DNA of 63,967 nt, the filler included, from Collodictyon triciliatum (lineage: Eukaryota), in assembly GCA_043381765.1 (NCBI GenBank). It is 10 parts of 10 records of this genome, joined end to end, with 100 filler letters (N's around TTAATTAATTAA, not from the genome) between each part and the next. Parts side by side here need not be neighbours in the genome. Positions count along the whole stretch, not along the records: positions 24,541 to 31,657 come from JBHJMP010004052.1; positions 31,758 to 38,904 come from JBHJMP010004053.1; 8 more parts are not named here. One strand, 5' to 3'. A program made the translations under genes and the position numbers. Every line of letters starts with the position of its first letter. The stretch's first letter is position 1. The notes under the pieces are model-generated. The model had not been told where the DNA came from. It saw only the letters and a program-made list of their open reading frames with translations, and did not search any database. This document shows positions 24,558 through 32,666 of the stretch, piece by piece.

Positions 24558-27038
24558 TTATTTTAAAAGAAAGGATGGTTTGTTTTCAGATTTAAGCGGC
24601 TCGGTTCCTATTTCATTAATCATTTCCACTTCGGCACTGTCGTTATCCTCTTTTTCCTGTGAACTCAATTTTTGGTGTCCAATTATTGCAGGCTTTTTCA
24701 ATTTTTCTTTTTTATACATCGCATCTCTTTGTTTGACGTACTTGCTGAGCATAGGACACACTGTCATTTTTTCGTAAAATGTCCCAATTTTCATTTCAAA
24801 CTTATATTCTGATTGTTTTTTAAACTCAATGTAGTCTTTGCGTATATCAGCCAAATAAACAATTTCTTCATTGGCTGAATCAACTTTTTTATAGTTTGTG
24901 TAAAACCAACTTGTAAAATCATCGGACTCCTGAAAATAAGTTTCTGTAATTAAATGCGACCGACTGCCTTCTTGTAAAAGAAATGATGAATTTTTTATGT
25001 AATCCTGAAATGAGTCAGCCAAAATGTGAAAATACGCAATTTTATATGATTTTAAAAAATCAAAGTCCTTGTATTTAAGATTCACGATACCATACCCTTC
25101 TTTTTCCTCCATCGCATCATACACTTCTTTTTCGATAAACTTGATAGGAAAATGTATCACAAATAGTCTCTGTGTGATTGCCTGCTCGACTACATCAAGT
25201 TTTGGTTTGCTGTTGCACTCTAGTATATAAGTTCCGCAATTTAGGGTGTCTGTTTTTTTTGAGTAAATACCTCTAGCGTTGATGACCGAGCACCCTGTGA
25301 GTAGCTTGAGGGTACTAGTGGCAATCTTTTCGTCTTGGTCTGGTTCTGATGTTGTTATGAGTCGCTTGCCCTCGATATTTGCCAAAGCTTGATTTGTTCC
25401 TTCTTTCAGCTTGGACTGAATACTACTTGGTGACAGCGCATAAAAATAGTTTCCCAGTGCATATTTGTTGAATTCCTGGAAAAGTCCTTTTCCGTTTCGT
25501 CCACTGCCGTGTGCCAGACAGATTTTCTCGACTAGTGTCCCAGTTAGCCCAGTCGAGCAATATTTTAAAAAAAGGTTCAAGTCATAATCCAATGGCAGAA
25601 TTGTTTTAAATATTTCCATTAACTTTATTTTTTTGGCATCTAATTCTGAGTAATCTTCGTAGTTGTATCCACAGGTCTCTGAGATATATTGTTCTGGCTC
25701 AGGTTCAATAAATTTGTTTTTTTCTAAATCAAATATTTTGTTGTTGAAGGCAAATAAATGCGGTTTCTCGTTAAATTTCAGTGTCGAGTTTTCAAGTCTC
25801 TGAAGAACTAGTGTCACAAGAGCCCTGAAATTAAACACACGAGACTTGATTAGTTCCTTCTCCCACGCCTTTTGGTGAACCAAAATCGATTTTGAGTTTT
25901 CGAGGTCTGCTTCTTCGGGCTCGGGTTTGCCTCTTTTTCTTTTGTTTGATTTTTTAGTTGGTTGTTCATTTTGACCAAATGCTTGTTTCATCAAGTCGTA
26001 AATGACATAATAATAATTGTCACTCCAATATTTTGCGAATTGGTAATAGTTTTTTTCAGGTGTGTCAGCCTCCCAATAAACACCATTGTAAACATACAAG
26101 ACTCCGTTACAAGCAGCAAACTCTTTCTTTTTCGCAATCTCAGAGGCAATATTGTACAAATCAAACGGGTCCCAGAAATTAATGTTTACTTTATCTGCTG
26201 TCGTGAGGTCTATTATCTCGGTCATTTCTTTGTGAATAAAACTTATACCCGGTTCATCCACATATTCATTTATCATTTTTATGAATTTTTCGAGACCCAT
26301 AGCTTTGAATCGTTCTTTATGTAAATAAAAACCATCGTGAGCTGGTATATACATGTTTGAATTTTTAACAAATTCCAGGGCTTTGACGAGATAAACAGAC
26401 TCGTAGTGTTGCATTATCAATGCCATTCCCGTATTGATTATTTCATAAGGATTTTCATTTTCTTGTTTGGCCACTTTAAAGAAGCGTTCAAAGTCTGGGA
26501 TACATACAAATTGTTCCTTGAGTCTCTTGGCTTCTTCATAGTATGTTTTTACAAATTCAGAGGCGGTTTCTTCTATAATTTTTTTGTCTTCGGCCCAGGT
26601 AGTGAATCCTCCGCCAAAATTCATAATGTTGAATAGGTCTTTGGCATCTGGTTTTGAGCACTTGTATTTATCCATTATTTCAGACAGACACAAATCTCGA
26701 TTTTCGCAGTAATGCGTCAGTGCTTCACATCTTATGTTATGTTTGTTACACAACTTTAAAAGAATGCTGGGATGGCAATTCGATATATCCACGTCTACAT
26801 AATTTTGATGTAACAGTGTCTGCTTAATCCATCTTGGTAGCGCATTGATATCTGGCTTGCCCCAAAATCGTCCTTCGTTTTTTTGAGTGTACTCGACTTT
26901 TACCACACCATCCGCAACTGACTTTTTTAAAAAAATCAAAGCATTCTTTACACTTGTTTGCTGACTAATAAATCGTTCTGTTTTGCAGAGCTCGGTTATA
27001 TCGTCTTTGCAAATCTGAATTTCAACTTTTAATGACAT
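24558..27038 (-). CDS. TVpol (PolA-like primase-polymerase) fused to D5-like superfamily-3 helicase
   Basis: N-terminal GRFWG..YVDVDISNCHPSIL (motif A), KDLFNIMNFGG (motif B), QHYE, PAHDGFYL (motif C). D5_N-like LYVYNGVYW and FAFNNKIFDL. SF3 Walker A GSGRNGKG, Walker B LITTSEP, motif C ILECN. Confidence 0.85.
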   Translation of the reverse strand: MSLKVEIQICKDDITELCKTERFISQQTSVKNALIFLKKSVADGVVKVEYTQKNEGRFWGKPDINALPRWIKQTLLHQNYVDVDISNCHPSILLKLCNKHNIRCEALTHYCENRDLCLSEIMDKYKCSKPDAKDLFNIMNFGGGFTTWAEDKKIIEETASEFVKTYYEEAKRLKEQFVCIPDFERFFKVAKQENENPYEIINTGMALIMQHYESVYLVKALEFVKNSNMYIPAHDGFYLHKERFKAMGLEKFIKMINEYVDEPGISFIHKEMTEIIDLTTADKVNINFWDPFDLYNIASEIAKKKEFAACNGVLYVYNGVYWEADTPEKNYYQFAKYWSDNYYYVIYDLMKQAFGQNEQPTKKSNKRKRGKPEPEEADLENSKSILVHQKAWEKELIKSRVFNFRALVTLVLQRLENSTLKFNEKPHLFAFNNKIFDLEKNKFIEPEPEQYISETCGYNYEDYSELDAKKIKLMEIFKTILPLDYDLNLFLKYCSTGLTGTLVEKICLAHGSGRNGKGLFQEFNKYALGNYFYALSPSSIQSKLKEGTNQALANIEGKRLITTSEPDQDEKIATSTLKLLTGCSVINARGIYSKKTDTLNCGTYILECNSKPKLDVVEQAITQRLFVIHFPIKFIEKEVYDAMEEKEGYGIVNLKYKDFDFLKSYKIAYFHILADSFQDYIKNSSFLLQEGSRSHLITETYFQESDDFTSWFYTNYKKVDSANEEIVYLADIRKDYIEFKKQSEYKFEMKIGTFYEKMTVCPMLSKYVKQRDAMYKKEKLKKPAIIGHQKLSSQEKEDNDSAEVEMINEIGTEPLKSENKPSFLLK

Positions 27039-27125
27039 CTTCTTACAATCCCTTACAAAAATGTTTTTAAGCCCTTGTTTTGTTGCGTTTCAATTGATAA
27101 AAAACAATGGGGGAGGGGGGAGGCT

Positions 27126-27281
27126 GGCCCATTTTTATAATTTTTAGCCCATAAATCCCAAAAAAAATGGGTAAATCATAAACTCCGCGTAGGCGTTTTT
27201 TTTACATCGTGTAAAAATTCAACATAAGCAAATAAACATTTTCCCCCAATTTTTTTGGGATTTTTGGGCCAAAAATGGGCC
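27126..27281. repeat. Nested imperfect inverted repeat upstream of the primase-helicase (candidate origin or hairpin)
   Basis: GGCCCATTTTT (~27126) pairs with AAAAATGGGCC (27271-27281). GCCCATAAATCCCAAAAAAAATGGG (~27147-27171) pairs with CCCAATTTTTTTGGGATTTTTGGGC (27245-27269) with about 2 mismatches. Confidence 0.7.
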
Positions 27282-27294
27282 AAAAAATGGGAGG

Positions 27295-27477
27295 CTAATC
27301 AAATGAAATTAAAATTTTTTCGTTAAGCAACCTTGATTTAATTTTATATATCCTATTATTCTTTTCTTTTCTATGAAACTTTTCAAGATAGTGTATGTAG
27401 TTTTGTAAATCGTCTAAATCGTCATATATGCCCTGATGGGTCAAAATGTCGTTTATGTATATTAGAAGCTCGTACAT
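27295..27477 (-). CDS. Small viral hypothetical protein (60 aa)
   Basis: ORF fills the space beside the ATPase and has the element's TCTA-N9-ATG upstream motif. Confidence 0.55.
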   Translation of the reverse strand: MYELLIYINDILTHQGIYDDLDDLQNYIHYLEKFHRKEKNNRIYKIKSRLLNEKILISFD

Positions 27478-27498
27478 ACTTTTTTATAGATAATTATA
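27478..27498. promoter_or_regulatory. Candidate bidirectional promoter between the 60-aa ORF and the ATPase (overlapping TATA on +, TCTA on -)
   Basis: TATA 27485-27488 lies 10 nt before ATG 27499; TAGA 27487-27490 (TCTA on minus) lies 9 nt before ATG 27477. Confidence 0.55.
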
Positions 27499-28221
27499 AT
27501 GAATACAAAACGCGTTTCAAACATCAAAATAGCGCCACTGACAAAACCGACGAAAACTCGTGATTTTGGAATTCCGTTTCCGCTGCCGGATATCTCTATC
27601 AGAAATTTTATAATGGGGGTGCTTGGACCGACTGGCTCATCAAAAACAACGTTATACGCAAATTTAATTCGAAAGCACTATTTTGAGATTTTCAACAAAA
27701 TTTATTTCTGCTCACCCAATGTGACGGACGAAGGGAAGGTCTACGACAAGTCCCTGGACTCGATTGATTTTTCAGAGGAGCGTGTTTTTCAAACAGTAAA
27801 CAACGAAGTAGCAGATTATATAAAAGAGGATATAGAGGGTGACGAGGATTTCGAGAAGGAGGATTTCAGAGCGCTCTTGATAATCGATGACTTGGCCAAT
27901 GAGCTGAAAAGCATTCGGCATACCCAGCTGACTAAATTAATTTTAAAGTCGCGGCACTTGCATCTCAGCATAATTATGATTTCGCACAAGTTTACATATT
28001 TCCAGAGAATCCACCGGACAAATTTCACGCATTTTATAATGTACAGAAGCAAATCAAAAAACGAGGTAAAATCCATTTATGAGGACATTATAGATTTGCC
28101 CGAGGAAAAGTTCCAGCAGTTCTATGAATACGCAACAGCGGAAAAATACAATTTTCTTTATGTTGTTTGCAATTCCAACCCGCAACTTTATTTTAAAAAT
28201 TTTGAGGAGGAGTTAACCTAG
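27499..28221 (+). CDS. A32/FtsK-HerA-type genome packaging ATPase
   Basis: Walker A GPTGSSKTT, Walker B LLIIDDL, and the arginine motif KSRHLHLSIIMISHKF..RIHRTN typical of Polinton/virophage/NCLDV packaging ATPases. Confidence 0.9.
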   Translation: MNTKRVSNIKIAPLTKPTKTRDFGIPFPLPDISIRNFIMGVLGPTGSSKTTLYANLIRKHYFEIFNKIYFCSPNVTDEGKVYDKSLDSIDFSEERVFQTVNNEVADYIKEDIEGDEDFEKEDFRALLIIDDLANELKSIRHTQLTKLILKSRHLHLSIIMISHKFTYFQRIHRTNFTHFIMYRSKSKNEVKSIYEDIIDLPEEKFQQFYEYATAEKYNFLYVVCNSNPQLYFKNFEEELT

Positions 28222-28241
28222 ATTTTTTTATAAGTAATGAT

Positions 28242-28652
28242 ATGGTATTCACACGGAGAAGCTTAAGAGGATTCACAAAAGGTCTGGTTAAAGTTGTAAG
28301 GAAGGGAATGAATGTCGGAGAAAAAGTAGTCAACGCAGTAGACAAAGCGACGGGAGGCGGACTCAGGGACCTGGCTCGTACTGCGACGGGTGGATTGTCA
28401 GAACAGGCTCTAAAAGTCTATAATGCTAACAAAGGGTACGTGAAAAAAGGCTTGGATTTGGCAGAAGGCAAACAGGGTGCAACCGTGGCAAAGCTTGTCG
28501 AGGGTAGCAAATACGAGGGACAGTTTAAAAAAGGTGTTGACCAAGTCAATAAATACGCGCCTGTAATTCGCGGAGCTGCACAACGAAACGAATCCCTGGG
28601 AAAAGTCATGAAGTCGTACGACGACAATATCCGAAATAAAATAGGTTATTAA
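28242..28652 (+). CDS. Basic Gly/Ala/Lys-rich viral protein (candidate virion core or membrane-active protein)
   Basis: 136 aa between ATPase and MCP; amphipathic-looking N-terminus RSLRGFTKGLVKVVRKGMNVGEKVV; TATA-N9-ATG upstream. Confidence 0.65.
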   Translation: MVFTRRSLRGFTKGLVKVVRKGMNVGEKVVNAVDKATGGGLRDLARTATGGLSEQALKVYNANKGYVKKGLDLAEGKQGATVAKLVEGSKYEGQFKKGVDQVNKYAPVIRGAAQRNESLGKVMKSYDDNIRNKIGY

Positions 28653-28674
28653 AAATTATTTTCTTTTTTAGAAT

Positions 28675-30447
28675 ATGGATTCACTACCCGAGGAGCTACA
28701 ATTTAGAAATGTATCGTCAAAAAAGAAAACTATTTTGGAAAAACAACAAAGACAAGTTTTGCCCTCAAACGGCACAAATCAGACTGCGAATTTTAGTAGT
28801 GGTCCGCAAATAGTATTTCGAGTTCCCATTGACAATGAATGGAGCATTCAAATGGACAGTGCTCATATTTTATCTGATCTTCAAGTATCTGGAATTCCAG
28901 CTGCTTTTACTGGCGCAACTGGGCAGGCTGGTTTAAAACAAACACAATTAGCTGGTGCTACTGGTGCAATTATTCCCATTTTGGCACCTTGCGAAAGTTA
29001 TGAATCATTTATTTATAGAATTGCCGTTTACTTAAATGGCAGTGAATTGGAGAGAATCGACAACTATTCATATTTGGAAAGTTTTAAACATACGTGGTGC
29101 AATAACCAAAATTGGGTAAACTTGATGAGTGGAAGTATGGGATTAGGACAATCTATATTAGATAAATCCAAACTATTTTTGGTTGGTGCGGAAGGAACCA
29201 GTAGTAACACTGTGCAAATCGGGTTTCCGTTACGATACTTAGGGTTAAACAATATAAAGACGCTATTACCCGCTTATCTACTAGGGCCAAATTCACTGGA
29301 GATTCGTATTTGGATGTCGCCTGCATCTGAATGTTTTACATGTGGTACGTTAGCTGCAGGAGCAACTGCAGCAGGAAGTAGATTAAATTTTACTAATTGG
29401 TCAGGTACCACAGGAAATAATTTAAGTTACACATTAAGTAATATTAGAATGAATATAAACTATATTCAAACGGAGCCATCTTATAACAACGCACTGTCTC
29501 AGTATTTAATAAACAATAATCTACAAATACCTATAGAAACTTATTTCATGACTCAATTTCCTATACCAAAGAATTCTAGTGGGTGGATAACTCAGAATAT
29601 TTCAGTTCAGTACTCAAATATAAATGCTGTGTATCTTATATTTACTCGTAATATCGAACAAGGTGTTTTATCATATTTGGGCACTGATAGACTTCATGCA
29701 ATCGAAGGAATAGCTCAGGCAAGACTTACAGTGAATGGTAAAGTGATGCCATCCGTTCCTATTTTGCTTCAAAACCCAGGATATGTAACTTATCCAGGAA
29801 CTGCTGCCGGTTCACCTGTATCACCAGGTGTAAATATTGGAACTGCTAGCGACCTATTGGCAAGTGGAATTCATGGTCAGGCGTGTTGCCAGCAACCAGA
29901 AGCTCTGAATTATCTAATGAAAGCGCTCGGATACAACACCTCAGCGGAAATGCTTGGTCAGGTGAATTTCCCGGTGGTTGATTCCACCCCTCATAGTTTT
30001 AATGGAAACTATACACTTCAAAAATCAGGAGCAGGTGCATTTTATGCCAGCAACAAAGCCGTTTATAACAATATGTTTCCAGATGCTGGCCAAACTGGCG
30101 GTGTTGTTGGTTTGGCTAATAATAATAACAATCCATTAAATTGTGAAGAGATCTTTTGGAAAACACCAACTCATTTCGCACTTGGGTGGTCAATGACGCG
30201 CTCGGACTACAGTGATGAATTTGAATTGTCTGGTTACAATGCATCTTCAAATTCTGGAATTGTACAGGTGGGTCTACAATTTGCAGGTTCTTGTAAATCT
30301 GGTGTGGCAATTTCAACTGCTGCCGTAAGCCATGATAAAGGAGCAATTTCTCAATTAACCCCACTTACCGATTACACCTGCTGGGTCATCATCGAGCACA
30401 CACGTATTCTTGACGTTGGCAAGGACAATGCCCAAGTTCTTTATTAA
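28675..30447 (+). CDS. Probable major capsid protein (double jelly-roll, PLV-type)
   Basis: 590 aa, beta-rich. SLPEELQF..VLPSNG..QIVFRVP..D and SFIYRIAVYLNGSELERIDNYSYL match the pattern I recall for PLV MCP N-termini. Lies between the packaging ATPase and the penton-like gene. Confidence 0.8.
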   Translation: MDSLPEELQFRNVSSKKKTILEKQQRQVLPSNGTNQTANFSSGPQIVFRVPIDNEWSIQMDSAHILSDLQVSGIPAAFTGATGQAGLKQTQLAGATGAIIPILAPCESYESFIYRIAVYLNGSELERIDNYSYLESFKHTWCNNQNWVNLMSGSMGLGQSILDKSKLFLVGAEGTSSNTVQIGFPLRYLGLNNIKTLLPAYLLGPNSLEIRIWMSPASECFTCGTLAAGATAAGSRLNFTNWSGTTGNNLSYTLSNIRMNINYIQTEPSYNNALSQYLINNNLQIPIETYFMTQFPIPKNSSGWITQNISVQYSNINAVYLIFTRNIEQGVLSYLGTDRLHAIEGIAQARLTVNGKVMPSVPILLQNPGYVTYPGTAAGSPVSPGVNIGTASDLLASGIHGQACCQQPEALNYLMKALGYNTSAEMLGQVNFPVVDSTPHSFNGNYTLQKSGAGAFYASNKAVYNNMFPDAGQTGGVVGLANNNNNPLNCEEIFWKTPTHFALGWSMTRSDYSDEFELSGYNASSNSGIVQVGLQFAGSCKSGVAISTAAVSHDKGAISQLTPLTDYTCWVIIEHTRILDVGKDNAQVLY

Positions 30448-30476
30448 ATAATTGTTTTATAAAAATAATTATTTAA
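30444..30476. terminator. AT-rich palindromic hairpin between convergent MCP and ORF136 stops
   Basis: TTAAATAATTGTTTT-ATA-AAAATAATTATTTAA: 15-bp stem (14 Watson-Crick, 1 G:U on the + transcript), 3-nt loop, overlapping both stop codons. Confidence 0.7.
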
Positions 30477-30879
30477 ATCTTACTAGTTGATTCAAGTATG
30501 GATTGGCAGCGACCCTGTCGCTGGACGACAAAGTCATCCGTGTTGATTGTCTGTAACTTGTTCCAAGTTCTGGTTCATCCGATTCTGATTCTGATTCCGC
30601 TTTTTTTCGTTTCTTCGGAATTTCCCGGGGGTTGGATTTCTTTTTTAGTTGCTCTTTTATCTCAGAGAGTTCACTTTTTAAATTAGAGAATTCATCAGTC
30701 TCTGCGTCTCTCGCCGAATTTCTAACAGATTCCTCGATCATTTGCGATGCTTTTTTCTTGGCCATCTTTTTCTGCCGCATAAGTTCGAGGTTTTTGAGCT
30801 GTTTGGGGGTCAGTGTTCTTTTCTTTTTTTCGGGCACGGCAACAGGAAGTTCAACATCTTCTTCATATTCTTGCTCCAT
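30469..30879 (-). CDS. Charged viral hypothetical protein (136 aa)
   Basis: Acidic N-terminus, KKKRTLTPKQLKNLELMRQKK basic helix, coiled-coil middle; TCTA-N9-ATG upstream. Confidence 0.7.
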   Translation of the reverse strand: MEQEYEEDVELPVAVPEKKKRTLTPKQLKNLELMRQKKMAKKKASQMIEESVRNSARDAETDEFSNLKSELSEIKEQLKKKSNPREIPKKRKKAESESESDEPELGTSYRQSTRMTLSSSDRVAANPYLNQLVRFK

Positions 30880-30912
30880 AATTTGATATAGAAAAAAATT
30901 CTATGGTAATTT
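30880..30912. promoter_or_regulatory. Candidate bidirectional promoter TAGA-AAAAAAT-TCTA between ORF136 (-) and penton (+)
   Basis: TAGA 30889-30892 is 9 nt from ATG 30879 on minus; TCTA 30900-30903 is 9 nt from ATG 30913 on plus. Confidence 0.65.
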
Positions 30913-31657
30913 ATGCAACGCCGACTGCTTAACGAGAGAAATACAAATGAGGCCAACTATCTTTTTATTAATTCGGAATCGAAACGAGTGAGTGGGTCAA
31001 ACAACAATTTCACCTTTGATTTATCAGATTTCCCAGTTATCAAAAACAAGGCATATAATCTATATATTAAAAGTGTATACTACCCCACGACTATACACCA
31101 GATAACAGAGTTGTATCAATACAATCAATTGCGAATTCGAGTATTGAATACAAACACAACTATAAGTACTTTTACAACAATAACAATCAATGAAGGTACA
31201 TATAACACTAGCCAATATGCCCAAGCGGTTGCCCTAGCACTAAATACTTTATTAGCAAGCAATGGACAAGACCAGTATGATATGGGATATGACGATATTC
31301 GCAATCGGTTTTATTTTGAAAGAAAAACAGTTGCGACACCGGCAATAAGAGTTTATATAACATCTAATGATTCATTTAGTCAGTACCAGGGTGAATTTGG
31401 TTTCGGTGGGTCTTATGTAATTGGATGCAATTACAACACAGAATTTGAATTACCTCTGCAAACAATTCCTAAAAAATATCTGCCGAATCCTGGAATTTTA
31501 CAGCCCTACAGTTATTTTTTTATGACTATCCAGGGAATCACAAATTTGAATTTCAACACAGATGTCCCTGAGCGTTTTGATATTGCTTATCGGTGTCCAT
31601 TGAATCTAAGTAATAGTAAATACCAGTATACATTTATTGAAGAAAGCCAAGAAGAAT
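30913..31657 (+). CDS. Probable minor capsid protein (penton, single jelly-roll), 3'-truncated by contig end
   Basis: YLFINSESKRVSGSNNNFTFDL..LYIKSVYYPTTIHQI..NQL..TITINEGTYNTSQYAQAVALALN follows the pattern (INS..R..G...F, xxP.s.y.I, i.i..G.Y...l...l..aln) I recall for PLV/virophage pentons. Confidence 0.75.
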
Positions 31658-32486
31658 NNNNNNNNNNNNNNNNNNNNNNNNNNNNNNNNNNNNNNNNNNN
31701 NTTAATTAATTAANNNNNNNNNNNNNNNNNNNNNNNNNNNNNNNNNNNNNNNNNNNNTTCCCTTTCTCTTCTTTCTCTTCTTTCTCTTCTTTCTCTTCTT
31801 TCTCTTCTTTCTCTTCTTTCTCTTCTTTCTCTTCTTTCTCTTCTTTCTCTTCTTTCTCTTTCTCTTCTTTCTCTTCTTTCTCTTCTTTCTCTTTCTCTTC
31901 TTTCTCTTCTTTCTCTCCTTTCTCTTCTTTCTCTTCTTTCTCTTCTTTCTCTTCTTTCTCTTTCTCTTCTTTCTCTTCTTTCTCTTCTTTCTCTTCTCCT
32001 TCACACAGCACACAACATCTCGCCAGCTTCGGCTTCAAAATTTTTAAGAACACCAACGAGATGCACAGATTAAAAAAAAAATCCCAAGAAAAAAATGAAT
32101 CGTATTAAAAAAAAGAGCGACAGAAGCCCAATCAGCGTAGTGATGCTATATCAGGTATGATTTTTCTTTAATGGGTTCTTTTGATTTTGGCCAGCGGGGT
32201 GGAACGACGCGACCGAAGGGAATAAGACACAGGATTCCGCCTCAACGAAGAAAGAAAGGAAGAAAGAATGGAATGAATGAAGAAGAAGAGGAAATAATCA
32301 GGCTGTAATCCGCCCCATTTCGATTGCACCACTCTGGAAAAATCAACAAGGACGAAAAGATACTTGATGAGAAATCCATGCAATGATTTGTCCGGTCAAC
32401 GATATAATACATATCGATAATCATGTTCTTACCCCCATGCTTGAGCTCAACCGAGAGTGTATCATTTGTCTGTATCAGAGAATATG

Positions 32487-32554
32487 TTAATTGAACGGGC
32501 TTTTTCTCTTATTATGGACCAATATTTTAGCAAGATGACGGATATTCCTGGTAA

Positions 32555-32585
<31 letters not shown>

Positions 32586-32635
32586 TGTATGTATGTATGT
32601 ATGTATGTATGTATGTATGTATGTATGTATGTATG

Positions 32636-32666
<31 letters not shown>

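Larger units (their letters stand above)
24541..31657. mobile_element. Polinton-like virus / virophage-like element (partial genome; occupies the whole contig)
   Basis: Intronless, AT-rich and compact (most intergenic gaps 20-33 nt). Encodes a primase-helicase, packaging ATPase, and probable major and minor capsid proteins. No host gene on the contig. Confidence 0.9.
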
